Shown here piece by piece: positions 1 to 8,532 of a stretch of 64,000 bases of DNA. The DNA is from Gemmatimonadales bacterium. Its GTDB lineage: Bacteria; Gemmatimonadota; Gemmatimonadetes; Gemmatimonadales; JACORV01. The position numbers and the translations under genes were made by a program. The stretch is taken from positions 97,606-161,605 of the forward strand of contig DASPTN010000086.1 in the NCBI GenBank assembly GCA_035623395.1. Direction: 5' to 3'. Within the stretch, counting starts at the first letter, position 1. Each line of letters starts with the position of its first letter. Below the pieces are notes generated by a model. The model was given only the letters and a program-made list of their open reading frames with translations. It was not told the origin of the DNA and did no database searches.

Positions 1-329
1 CCCCGCTGCTCGAGGCCAAGCTCCGCGAGCGCGACACGGACGACTGGGTCCGCGTGCTCAACGAGCGAGGCGTGCCCTCGGGCGCGATCCTGGGGCTCGA
101 GCAGGCGTTGAGCCAGCCGCAGGTCGCCCACCGGGCCACGATCCAGACCGTGTGCGCGGAAGGCATCGGGGAGCTGAAGCTGTTCGGCCTCACCGCCAAG
201 CTGGACAAGACGCCGGGGGCCGTCGAAACGCCGCCGCCGCGCCTCTCCGAGCACACAGCAGCCATTCTGGGCAAGCTCGGCTACTCCCCGGAGGACATCG
301 CGCGGCTCAGGGAAAGGGGCATCGTGTGA
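1..329 (+). CDS. Class III (CaiB/BaiF-type) CoA-transferase, C-terminal fragment; 5' end lies outside the window
   Basis: Frame 3 is open from base 3 with no stop (PLLEAKLRERDTDDWVRVLNERGVPSGAILG...IARLRERGIV*). The peptide resembles the C-terminal region of family III CoA-transferases. High third-position GC. Confidence 0.6.
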   Translation, partial: PLLEAKLRERDTDDWVRVLNERGVPSGAILGLEQALSQPQVAHRATIQTVCAEGIGELKLFGLTAKLDKTPGAVETPPPRLSEHTAAILGKLGYSPEDIARLRERGIV

Positions 330-352
330 CGCAGCACGCACCGCGGACGGCG

Positions 353-1642
353 ATGACGGTGGTCCAGAAGATCCTCGCGCGCGCGGCGGGCCGGGAAGCG
401 GTGGCGGTCGGCGACGTCGTGGAGCCGGCCGTGGATCTGGCGATGAGCCACGAGAACGCGGCCCTCGTCATCAACCAGTTCCTCGAGGTGTTCCGCGGCA
501 CCGGACACGCGCCCGCGGTGTGGGATCCGTCGCGGATCGCCATCATCTTCGATCACCGCGTGCCGGCCGAGTCCTCCAAGACCGCGACCAACCAGAAGAA
601 GGTGCGCGAATTCGTCGCGGCCAACGGGATCGCGAAGTTCCACGACATCCGCGGTGACCGGGGCGGCATCTGCCACCAGATTCTGCCCGAGAACGGCTAC
701 GTGCGGCCCGGCGCGGTGGTCGTCGGCACGGACTCCCACACCACGAGCCACGGCGCGCTCGGCGCGTTCGCGTTCGGGATCGGCGCCACCGAGATGGCCA
801 GCGTCTGGACGCTCGGCTGCGCCGTGAACGTCGAGGTGCCGGCCACCATCAAGGTGAGCGTCCGCGGCGTGATGCCGGAAATGGTCGGCCCGAAGGATCT
901 GATCCTCCACCTGGTCGGGAAGCTGGGCGCTGCCGGCGCCACCTTCCGCGTCCTGGAATTCCACGGCGCCGCCGTCGCGGCGATGCCCACGTCCGGCCGC
1001 CTGACCCTGTGCAACATGGCGGTGGAGGCCGGGGCGACCTCGGGCATCGTCCCGGCGGACGACGAGACGCTGCGCTATCTCCGCGACGAGGCGGGCGTGA
1101 GCGAGGCCGTGCCGCTGGTCGAGCCGGATCCCGACGCCCGGTACGAGCGGTCGGTGGACATCGACGTGGCGACGCTGGAGCCCCAGGTCGCCTGCCCGCA
1201 CACGGTGGACAACGTGCGGCCCGTCGGCGACGTCGCGGGTCGGCACGTCGACCAGATCGTGATTGGCTCCTGTACCAACGGGCGGCTCGACGACCTGGCG
1301 GTCGCGGCTCGCATCCTCAAGGGGCGCAAGGTCGCCGCCGGCACGCGGATGCTGGTCTTTCCGGCGTCCGGCCGCATCTACCAGGAAGCGCTCGCCGCCG
1401 GGTACGTGGCCGATCTAGTCGGCGCGGGCGCCGTGGTGATGAACGCCGGCTGCGGGCCCTGCCTCGGCGTGCACGAGGGGGCGCTGGGCGACGGCGAGAC
1501 CGCCCTCTCCACGACCAACCGCAACTTCAAGGGCCGGATGGGCAACCCGGCCTCCGAGGTGTTCCTCTGCTCCCCGGCGGTGGCCGCGGCTTCGGCGGTG
1601 ACCGGCCGGATCACGGACCCGCGGCGCGGAGGCACACCGTGA
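353..1642 (+). CDS. Aconitase-family dehydratase large subunit (3-isopropylmalate dehydratase / homoaconitase LeuC/HacA type)
   Basis: ORF 152..1642 trimmed to ATG 353 (MTVVQKILARAAG...). The upstream part overlaps gene 1 and is Arg/Ala-rich junk. Fe-S ligand motifs GSCTNGR and NAGCGPCLG. About 430 aa. Confidence 0.85.
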   Translation: MTVVQKILARAAGREAVAVGDVVEPAVDLAMSHENAALVINQFLEVFRGTGHAPAVWDPSRIAIIFDHRVPAESSKTATNQKKVREFVAANGIAKFHDIRGDRGGICHQILPENGYVRPGAVVVGTDSHTTSHGALGAFAFGIGATEMASVWTLGCAVNVEVPATIKVSVRGVMPEMVGPKDLILHLVGKLGAAGATFRVLEFHGAAVAAMPTSGRLTLCNMAVEAGATSGIVPADDETLRYLRDEAGVSEAVPLVEPDPDARYERSVDIDVATLEPQVACPHTVDNVRPVGDVAGRHVDQIVIGSCTNGRLDDLAVAARILKGRKVAAGTRMLVFPASGRIYQEALAAGYVADLVGAGAVVMNAGCGPCLGVHEGALGDGETALSTTNRNFKGRMGNPASEVFLCSPAVAAASAVTGRITDPRRGGTP

Positions 1643-2145
1643 GCGCGCCGAAGGCCGTCCTGGTGCTGGGCGACGACGTCTCCACCGACGTCATCTATCC
1701 GGGTCGCTACATGGCGACGGTGCTGCCGAGCGAGACGCCGCAGTATGCGTTCGCGGACCTCGGCCCGTTCAACGCGCGCCTGAAGGCGGGCGACGTGCCC
1801 GCCGGCAGCGTCGTCGTCGCCGGCAAGAACTTCGGCTGCGGCAGCTCGCGCGAGCAGGCGGTCTCGACGCTGAAGGGACACGAGCTGGTGATCGTGGCGT
1901 GGAGCTTCGCGCGGATCTTCCTGCAGAACGCGATCAACCTCGGCCTCCGGCTCGTGGAAGCGCCGGGCGTCGCGGCGTCCGCGGGTGACGAGCTGACGGT
2001 GGGAGCGTCCGAGGTCGTCAACGTGACGAGCGGCAAGCGCTATCCCGTTCGGCCGCTGCCAGCGGCTCGTCAGGCGATCATCGAGGCGGGCGGCCTCATA
2101 CCGTACACCCGCCGCCGCCTGCTCGAGCGGGCCGCGCGCCGCTAG
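1639..2145 (+). CDS. Aconitase-family dehydratase small subunit (LeuD/HacB type)
   Basis: GTG 1639 overlaps the large-subunit stop (GTGA). VLVLGDDVSTDVIYPGRY...GKNFGCGSSREQA is the swivel-domain pattern. 168 aa. Confidence 0.85.
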   Translation: MSAPKAVLVLGDDVSTDVIYPGRYMATVLPSETPQYAFADLGPFNARLKAGDVPAGSVVVAGKNFGCGSSREQAVSTLKGHELVIVAWSFARIFLQNAINLGLRLVEAPGVAASAGDELTVGASEVVNVTSGKRYPVRPLPAARQAIIEAGGLIPYTRRRLLERAARR

Positions 2146-2594
2146 GAGGCGGCGGGAGGCTCCGCTTTCGCCACGGCGGCGCCCCGCACGCGGCCCCACA
2201 GCGCCGCGATCCCGACGAGAATGCCGGCGGCCTGGCAGGCGGAGGCGGCGAGTCGGACGTAGCGCCAGGCGGGGGCGGCGAGCTCGATGTCGAAGAATTC
2301 GGTGACCCCGCGGATCGCGGTTCCCGCGGCGAGCAGGGCGTAGGCGAGTCCCACGGCCCTGGGATGCGGCCCGATCGGCTGTCCGCGGCCCGAGCGCGGG
2401 AACAGCCAGAAGGCGGTGCCGAGGATCATCATCAGCAGGAACCCCACCAGCAGCACGTGGACGTGCGCCACGATCATCCCCTGACTGATCACGCCGCCCA
2501 CGGTCTGGCGGTACTCGAGCCACAAGCCGCCCGCCAGCCCGAGGGCCAGGAAGGCGAACGCCGTTCTGAGGTAGAGACGCACCAGCGTATGCAT
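2142..2594 (-). CDS. Hypothetical integral membrane protein (about 4 TM helices)
   Basis: 150-aa ORF with strong GC3 bias and four hydrophobic stretches (e.g. HVHVLLVGFLLMMILGTAFWLFP). No family recognised. Its stop shares CTAG with the convergent LeuD-like stop. Confidence 0.6.
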   Translation of the reverse strand: MHTLVRLYLRTAFAFLALGLAGGLWLEYRQTVGGVISQGMIVAHVHVLLVGFLLMMILGTAFWLFPRSGRGQPIGPHPRAVGLAYALLAAGTAIRGVTEFFDIELAAPAWRYVRLAASACQAAGILVGIAALWGRVRGAAVAKAEPPAAS

Positions 2595-2701
2595 GCCCGC
2601 AGTCTAGCGCGCGCGCCGGTGCAGAGCCAGCAGCGTCCCCGTGCGGCGGCGAAAGCGTCCACGCCGCAGCGGACGGGCACGGGATCGCGCCGAGCGCCGG
2701 G

Positions 2702-2708
2702 CTAGCTT
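2702..2708 (+). promoter_or_regulatory. -10-like box CTAGCTT, 6 nt upstream of ATG 2715 (candidate leaderless promoter)
   Basis: TAGCTT at 2703..2708, then ggcggc, then ATG. No SD in between. The same heptamer occurs at 14174 and 15088 upstream of genes. No good -35. Confidence 0.35.
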
Positions 2709-2714
2709 GGCGGC

Positions 2715-3140
2715 ATGCGTCGCGGGTTCACGCTGGTGGAGCTGCTCTCCGTGGTTGCGATCCTGGGAATCCTCGCGGCGGTCGTGACCCCTCCCCTGGT
2801 CCGCTACCTCGACCAGGCGGCGGTGCGCGAGGGAGTCGAGCGGTACGCGGCGCTTCATGCCACGACCCGCCAGCTCGCCATCTCGCGGAGCGCCCTGGCC
2901 CGGCTGGAGCTGGATCGCGCCCGGCCCTTCGCGACCCTGTCCGTGCAGCGCAGCCTCACGGCGTGGGACACCATCGGGGTGTATCCGCTCGGGTCCGCGA
3001 CCGTCACCTGCTCGAATCCGGTCGTCGTGTTCGGACCGCTGGGGCTCGGCTACGGCACCTCGAACACGCGCGTGATCTTCTCCCGTGGCTCGGCCGCCGA
3101 CACCGTCACCACCTCACGCACCGGGAGACTCCGCCGTTAG
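2715..3140 (+). CDS. Prepilin-type N-terminal cleavage/methylation domain protein (GspH/FimT-like minor pseudopilin)
   Basis: N-terminus MRRGFTLVELLSVVAILGILAA carries the G|FTLVE prepilin motif followed by a hydrophobic helix. 141 aa. No other pilus or T2SS genes nearby. Confidence 0.75.
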   Translation: MRRGFTLVELLSVVAILGILAAVVTPPLVRYLDQAAVREGVERYAALHATTRQLAISRSALARLELDRARPFATLSVQRSLTAWDTIGVYPLGSATVTCSNPVVVFGPLGLGYGTSNTRVIFSRGSAADTVTTSRTGRLRR

Positions 3141-3179
3141 CCGCCTGCAACCATCCACGGCGTCGACGCGTCTAAGCAC

Positions 3180-3200
3180 GTGAGAGGTGAAGGGAGCGAC
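3180..3200 (+). repeat. Short remnant (2-3 units) of the GTGAGAN heptamer element
   Basis: GTGAGAG GTGAAGG GAGCGAC; compare the full arrays at 18105 and 42688. Provides a GAGGTGA/GGGAG SD-like sequence before ATG 3203. Confidence 0.35.
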
Positions 3201-3202
3201 GG

Positions 3203-3409
3203 ATGGGCGCGACGCCCGTGCTCGGCAAGAGCGGCGAGAGCAGGCCGGCGTCCCGGGCACGCCCGAGAGAGACGGCGACGACGAGGTCTCCCGAGTCATG
3301 CGTCTGGGGCTACGTCGTCCACCCGTCCCTGCTGCCGACGATCTTCTCGCCGAGCGGGGACGACCCGGGCGGCCAGAGCGAGGAGCGACCGACCGCGCGC
3401 AAAGTCTGA
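3203..3409 (+). CDS. Candidate small protein (68 aa), no recognisable family
   Basis: ORF-track entry 3203..3409. GGGAG lies 6 nt before the ATG. Third codon positions are almost all G/C by eye. A strong hairpin terminator starts 23 nt after the stop. No homology recognised. Confidence 0.35.
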   Translation: MGATPVLGKSGESRPASRARPRETATTRSPESCVWGYVVHPSLLPTIFSPSGDDPGGQSEERPTARKV

Positions 3410-3431
3410 CGGCGGCTTTGCCCGGTCGCAG

Positions 3432-3465
3432 GGCCCGGGGGTTCGCCCCCGGGCCGCTTGTTTTC
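3432..3465 (+). terminator. Rho-independent-type terminator hairpin
   Basis: GGCCCGGGGG-TTCG-CCCCCGGGCC (10-bp GC stem, 3432..3455) followed by GCTTGTTTTCC on the + strand. It also lies just downstream of the minus-strand YceI gene, so it may act bidirectionally. Confidence 0.55.
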
Positions 3466-3476
3466 CGGCTGCGGCG

Positions 3477-4061
3477 TCAGGTCGGCGGGCTGCCGCCGAA
3501 CGACAGGTGGACGGTCACCACGACGTCCGGCGCCACGTGCAGGACCAGGGCGCGGACCGGCGGCCGGATGCCGAAGTCCCGCATGTCGAGACCGAAAGAG
3601 GCGTCGACGTCCTCGCCGCCCGGGCGTGCGACCGCCGTTGCGGTGGCTCGCAGCGGCCGTGTGACACCGTGCACCGCGAGCCTGCCGACCAAGACGACGC
3701 CGGTCGTGTCGCCCGAGACGGCGCCGGATGCGACGCTGTCGAGATCGAAGCGAATCGTCGGAAAGCTGTCCGCCCGCATCGCCTCCCGCATGTGGCTGTC
3801 CCGCAGCCCGTTGCCTGTGCGCATGTCCGCGACGAGCACCACCGCCGTGCCCCGGACTTCGGTCAACCGGCCTCCGGAGAACTCCGCGCTGGCGATGGGC
3901 GCCCGGCCCACGAAGTGCCCGACGAGCGTGGAGTGCAGGGTGAACGTGGCCTGACCGGCGGAGAACGGTGCGGTCACCACGGGCTGCGCGGTCGCCCCGT
4001 CGACGGGGACGGCGGCCATCAGCATGGCGGCGCCGCCGACGCGACTCAGCGCTCGCCACAT
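3477..4061 (-). CDS. YceI-like secreted/periplasmic protein
   Basis: Signal peptide (MWRALSRVGGAAMLMAAVPVDGATAQ) followed by a beta-rich domain of YceI size and pattern. Family call is from memory of YceI features only. Confidence 0.55.
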   Translation of the reverse strand: MWRALSRVGGAAMLMAAVPVDGATAQPVVTAPFSAGQATFTLHSTLVGHFVGRAPIASAEFSGGRLTEVRGTAVVLVADMRTGNGLRDSHMREAMRADSFPTIRFDLDSVASGAVSGDTTGVVLVGRLAVHGVTRPLRATATAVARPGGEDVDASFGLDMRDFGIRPPVRALVLHVAPDVVVTVHLSFGGSPPT

Positions 4062-4120
4062 GGCCCCTCCGCGGACGAGTGGTCGAAACGGACCCGGACG
4101 GATCCCGGCCTCGCTCTCCG

Positions 4121-5038
4121 CTAGGAAGCTGCGGCCTGGCGAGCTGCGTACGGCGCGCAGATCTCCCGGGCAACCTCGGCGAATGCGCGTGGCGTGATGC
4201 CGAAGCGAGTCGCGATGGCGTTGTCGTCCGTCGTACTACCCTCGAGGAGCATCTGGAGTTGCTCGGACGTGATCGGCGCGGCGCTCGGAAGGGTGGCGCC
4301 GGCGGCGGCGGCGAAGCGGGCCACGCCGACGGGCACGGAGATGCGGCGCCGCCGCACGCCCAGCGCCGCCTCGAGCGCGTCCAGCAGCTGGTGGTACGTC
4401 AACGCCTCCGCCCCGGCCAGGTCGAAGCTGCCTCGGGCGTCCGCGCGCTCCAGGGCGCGCGCGAACGCTTCGGCCACGTCGCCCAGCCAGATCGGCTGCA
4501 GCCGGTAACGGCCGTCGCCGATGACCGGAACGACCGGCGAAAGACGGATCATGTCCACCATCGTCTTGATCGGTGGACTGCCGGGCCCGGCGATGAGGGA
4601 AGGCCTGAAGATCGCGTGGGGGATGCCGCTGGCGCGGACGGTCTCCTCCGCCCGCCACTTCGTCTGGTGATAGCGGGTGGCGCCCGCTGCGTCGCGGGCA
4701 CCGAGCGCGCTCATGTGCAGCAGCAGCGGCGTGCCGGCCTGGCGCGCCGCCTCCAGCACGGCCTCCGTGCCCGCGACGTGCACCGATTCAAACGTATGCC
4801 GGTTCGTCTCGACGATGATGCCCACCAGGTGGACCACCGCGCCGGCACCCTCGAGCAGCCTTCTCAACGCGGCTCGCTCGCCGAGGTCGCCCCCGACGAG
4901 CTCGACTCCCTGATCCCGCCAGGCGCCTGCGCGTTCCGGCCTGCGAACGAGCGCCCGCACCTCGTGGTCCCGTCTGAGCAGTTTCTGGACGATCGCCTGT
5001 CCGACGTAGCCGGTCGCTCCGGTGATCGCGACTCGCAT
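4121..5038 (-). CDS. NAD(P)H-binding atypical SDR (NmrA/NDUFA9-like)
   Basis: MRVAITGATGYVGQAIVQKLL Rossmann GxxGxxG motif. 305 aa. Divergent from the TetR gene. Confidence 0.75.
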   Translation of the reverse strand: MRVAITGATGYVGQAIVQKLLRRDHEVRALVRRPERAGAWRDQGVELVGGDLGERAALRRLLEGAGAVVHLVGIIVETNRHTFESVHVAGTEAVLEAARQAGTPLLLHMSALGARDAAGATRYHQTKWRAEETVRASGIPHAIFRPSLIAGPGSPPIKTMVDMIRLSPVVPVIGDGRYRLQPIWLGDVAEAFARALERADARGSFDLAGAEALTYHQLLDALEAALGVRRRRISVPVGVARFAAAAGATLPSAAPITSEQLQMLLEGSTTDDNAIATRFGITPRAFAEVAREICAPYAARQAAAS

Positions 5039-5108
5039 AGGGTGCGAAAATGCGGCGGGCCAATCCGGATCGAAACAGTCCTAGGAAGTTGACCGTAGTA
5101 CAGATAGA

Positions 5109-5137
5109 TTGACAGGACTCTGGTCTATTACTATACT
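5109..5137 (+). promoter_or_regulatory. Sigma70-type promoter TTGACA-17 nt-TATACT for the TetR/efflux operon, overlapped by an imperfect inverted repeat (candidate TetR operator)
   Basis: TTGACA 5109..5114, 17-nt spacer, TATACT 5132..5137. ATAGA (5104..5108) and TCTAT (5124..5128) flank CAG..CTG. This is the only AT-rich patch in the region. Confidence 0.6.
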
Positions 5138-5147
5138 ATGGTCGAAA

Positions 5148-5825
5148 ATGACCACCCATCACCATTTCGGATCGAGGCGGGTGACTGTGACCGAAGTGAC
5201 GCAGGGACGACGGGAGCGCAAGAAGGAGGAGACGCGGCGGCGCATCACGCTCGCGGCGCTCGAGTTGTTCCACGAGAAGGGTTTCGAAGCGACGACGGTG
5301 GATGAGATCACCGAACGGGCCGACGTCGCGAAGGGCACGTTCTTCAACTACTTCCCGCGCAAGGAGTCGGTGCTCGCTGCGTTGAGCGAGGAGTGGATGG
5401 AGCGGGCCGAGGAGCACGCGCCTCAGCACGGGCGGACGGCCAGCGAGCGGATCCTGGCGCTGTTCGGCGGGGTGGCGGAGTCGTACGGCCAGGATCGCGC
5501 GCTCGCCGGGATGCTGCTCAGGGTGAGCATGGAGCGGATGGTCTGTCCGGAGCCGGACGTGTCGCGCAGCGGGCTGTACCAGCGCGTCGTGCAGGTCGTG
5601 CGGGAGGGGCAGGAGAGCGGCGAGTTCCGGCCCGGGCTGTCGGCGGACTCGGTGTTCGGCGTGGTGGCGTCGGTGTTCCTCGGCACGCTGGTGTGGTGGG
5701 TCGGCGGTGGGCCCCATCAGACGGTCGTCGCGCGCAGCACGGTGAGTCTGCACGATGCCGTCGAGTCTCAGCTGGGCATCGCCCTGGAAGGCATCCGCGT
5801 TCCGGCGGCCGGTGTGAAGGAGTAG
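5148..5825 (+). CDS. TetR family transcriptional regulator
   Basis: RRRITLAALELFHEKGFEATTVDEITERADVAKGTFFNYFPRKE is the classic TetR HTH domain. ATG 5148 lies 10 nt after the -10. GTG 5181/5187 (after GAGG) are alternative starts. Confidence 0.85.
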   Translation: MTTHHHFGSRRVTVTEVTQGRRERKKEETRRRITLAALELFHEKGFEATTVDEITERADVAKGTFFNYFPRKESVLAALSEEWMERAEEHAPQHGRTASERILALFGGVAESYGQDRALAGMLLRVSMERMVCPEPDVSRSGLYQRVVQVVREGQESGEFRPGLSADSVFGVVASVFLGTLVWWVGGGPHQTVVARSTVSLHDAVESQLGIALEGIRVPAAGVKE

Positions 5826-5829
5826 CGCC

Positions 5830-7296
5830 ATGCGCATTGCGATCCTCGTCGTGCTCGCCCTCACGCCGGTGGCAGTGGCGGCGCAGCAGCCCGCGCCCGC
5901 TCCGGTGCGCCTGACGCTGGAAGGCGCCATCGAGCGCGCGCTGCGCTCCGGCAACGAGGTGCGGATCGCGGAGGCAGGCGTTCGCCAGGCCGAGGGGCAG
6001 GTGACCGAGGCCTGGGCGTCGGCGCTCCCGGAGATTCGCGCCAACGTCACCTACCAGCGGACGTTCGCCTCCGTGTTCCAGGACCTGGGCAGCGGGGTCC
6101 CGGTGTTCGCGCCGGACACGACGGCGTCGCTGGCCGCGCGGGTCAGCTACCTGGAGCGCAACGCGGGGATCGCGGCCTTCCAGGGGCTCGGGACGATGTT
6201 CTCGAGCACGGGCTTCGGGAGTCCCGACACCTACGTCGCCACCCTCACCCTCAGCCAGACGCTGTTCCAGGGCGGCAAGGTCGGCGCCGGCATCCGCGGC
6301 GCCCGTGCGTACGAGGAGGCTGCGCGGGCGCAGCTGGACGAGACGCGCCGGGAGGTGACGTACCGGGTCACCGTGGCCTATCTCGACGCGCTGTACGCCG
6401 CGCGGATCGTGGACATCTCCGAGGCGTCGCAGGTGCAGGTCAACGACCAGCTGCGCCACGTCTCCTTGAACCACCAGGTGGGCTCGGCGGCCGATTACGA
6501 CCTGCTGAGGGCGCAGGTCGAGGCCGCGAACCAGGAGCCCATGGTCATCGCGGCGCGCAACAGCCGGGACGTCGCGCTCCTCGAGGTGCGGCGCCTGGTG
6601 AACGTCCCGGCCGATCAGCCGGTGGAGCTGGTGAGCGGCCTGCTCCAGACGCCGGCCGACTCGCTGCCGCGCGTCGACCTCGCCGCGCTCGATCTCGACG
6701 CCGCCGGCCGGGCGGCGATCGAGGCGGCGCAGGCGAACGTCGACTTCCGGCGCGAAGCGGTCCACGTCTATCACGGTGACTACTACCCGTCGGTGAAGCT
6801 GCTCAGCTCGTTCGGCGGCCAGGCGTTTCCGCAGAGCGGCTTCCCGTCGCGGTTGACGGACTTCCACGAGGACTGGACGGCCTCGCTCGTCGTGTCGGTC
6901 CCGCTGTTCGACGGGCTCCGGACGCACGGCGCGGTGCAGCAGGCCGAAGCGGACCTGGCGCGCGCCGAGGCGCAGCTGTCCCAGACGCGGGAGAGCGTCG
7001 CCATCGAGATCGAGCAGGCCAGGGCGGAGATCGTCCGGGCGCAGGCGCTGGTGGTCGCGCGGCACGTGACGGTGGGCCAGGCGGAGCGGGCGCATCATCT
7101 GGCGTCGGTCCGCTACGCCAACGGGATCGCGACGGCGCTCGAGGTGTCGGACGCCCGCCTAGCGCTGCAGGCGGCGAGCGTCAACGAGGCGCAGGCGACG
7201 CGCGACTACCTGCTCGCCATCGCCGCGCTCGAGCGGGCGCTGGGGCATCCCGTACCGCTCCAGAACGCAGGTAATCGGATGGCGGAGGGGCAGTAG
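5830..7296 (+). CDS. TolC-family outer membrane efflux protein
   Basis: Signal peptide MRIAILVVLALTPVAVAAQ. 488 aa with two-repeat OEP architecture. First gene of the TolC-MFP-RND trio. Confidence 0.85.
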   Translation: MRIAILVVLALTPVAVAAQQPAPAPVRLTLEGAIERALRSGNEVRIAEAGVRQAEGQVTEAWASALPEIRANVTYQRTFASVFQDLGSGVPVFAPDTTASLAARVSYLERNAGIAAFQGLGTMFSSTGFGSPDTYVATLTLSQTLFQGGKVGAGIRGARAYEEAARAQLDETRREVTYRVTVAYLDALYAARIVDISEASQVQVNDQLRHVSLNHQVGSAADYDLLRAQVEAANQEPMVIAARNSRDVALLEVRRLVNVPADQPVELVSGLLQTPADSLPRVDLAALDLDAAGRAAIEAAQANVDFRREAVHVYHGDYYPSVKLLSSFGGQAFPQSGFPSRLTDFHEDWTASLVVSVPLFDGLRTHGAVQQAEADLARAEAQLSQTRESVAIEIEQARAEIVRAQALVVARHVTVGQAERAHHLASVRYANGIATALEVSDARLALQAASVNEAQATRDYLLAIAALERALGHPVPLQNAGNRMAEGQ

Positions 7297-7359
7297 GGTT
7301 GCCAGACGGCAAGTCGGCAGTGGTTACCAGACGCGAGCGGTGAGAGGACAGGAAGACAA

Positions 7360-8514
7360 ATGCGCGGGACGAGTTCGGTGCGGTGGAGCGCGGCGCTGGT
7401 TCTCGCCGCGGCGGCCGTGGCGGCGGGCTGTGGCGCGAAGCGGGCGGGCGGCGGCGCGGCCGCCGCCGAGACGAAGGCCCCGGCCTCGCGGGACCTCGCG
7501 ACCCTGAACGCGGCCGACGTCGCGGTCGCGCAGCAGACGACCCTGCGTACCGGCATTCCGTTGAGCGGCGCCCTCGAGCCCAAGGTGCGGGTCACGGTGG
7601 GCGCGCCGATGGCGGAGCAGTTGGTCGAGATGTACGTGAACGAGGGCGACCGCGTCGACTCCGGGCAGCGGCTCGCGAAGTTCAAGGACCAGGTCCTGCA
7701 GGCCGCGGCATCCTACGCCAACAGCGACGTGGCCACGCAGCGGGTGAACGTCCGGGTGGCCGAGGCGGAGTCGGCCCGAGCGGTGACCCTGTTCGCCGAA
7801 GGGGCGATCGCCCAGCGCGACCGCGACAACGCGCTGGCGGCGCTCGAGGCGGCGCACTCGCGCCTCTCGCTCGCGGTCTCGCAGGCAGCCAACGCGGAGG
7901 ACCGGCTCCACAGCGCGGTGCTCACGGCGCCGGTGGCGGGCGTGGTCAGCAGGAGGTACGCGCAGGCCGGCGACCGCATCGACAACGGCAAGCCCGTGGT
8001 CGAGCTGGTGGATACGAGAATCCTCCAGCTGTCGGCGTCGGTGCCGACCGAATGGCTGCCGGAGCTGCGGATCGGCCGGCCGGTGAGCCTCACTCTGGCG
8101 CAGATGGACTCGGCGCGGGTCTCGGGGCGGATCAGCCGGATCAACCCGACGGCGGATCCGGCCACCCGGCAGATCCTGATCTACGTGGACGTCCCGAACC
8201 CGAGCCAGACGCTGGTGGGCGGGCTGTTCGTCTCGGGCCGCGTGGTCACCCGGGAGGCGACGCGGGTGGTGGCGGTGCCGTCCGCCGCGGTGCGTTACGA
8301 GGGCGAGGCCCGCACGCCGTACGTGTACGCGGTGAGCGGGGGCAAGGTCGCGCGCCGCGCGGTGGGCGTCGGCATCACCGACGACGATGCCGGCCTGGTG
8401 GAAGTGACCCGGGCGCTCGCGGCCGGCGACACCGTGATCATCGGTCCGATCGAGGGTCTGGCCGACGGCACTCCGGTGGCGATCGGCGGCGCCGCGGCGC
8501 CCACGAAGCGCTAG
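7360..8514 (+). CDS. RND efflux periplasmic adaptor (MFP/HlyD family)
   Basis: Lipoprotein-like N-terminus (...AAAVAAGCG), a coiled-coil hairpin region and beta-barrel motifs. Sits between the TolC and RND genes. Confidence 0.85.
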   Translation: MRGTSSVRWSAALVLAAAAVAAGCGAKRAGGGAAAAETKAPASRDLATLNAADVAVAQQTTLRTGIPLSGALEPKVRVTVGAPMAEQLVEMYVNEGDRVDSGQRLAKFKDQVLQAAASYANSDVATQRVNVRVAEAESARAVTLFAEGAIAQRDRDNALAALEAAHSRLSLAVSQAANAEDRLHSAVLTAPVAGVVSRRYAQAGDRIDNGKPVVELVDTRILQLSASVPTEWLPELRIGRPVSLTLAQMDSARVSGRISRINPTADPATRQILIYVDVPNPSQTLVGGLFVSGRVVTREATRVVAVPSAAVRYEGEARTPYVYAVSGGKVARRAVGVGITDDDAGLVEVTRALAAGDTVIIGPIEGLADGTPVAIGGAAAPTKR

Positions 8515-8532
8515 CGGCGGGGAGGCGGCGCG

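Noticed and set aside
152-352. N-terminal extensions of track ORFs, for example LeuC-like from 152, prolyl oligopeptidase from 21545, HK from 27580, D-aminoacylase from 60826 and Hbd from 48624
   Set aside because: The extensions overlap upstream genes, are Arg-rich junk, and precede obvious native N-termini (signal peptides, conserved first motifs, ATGA/GTGA coupling sites).
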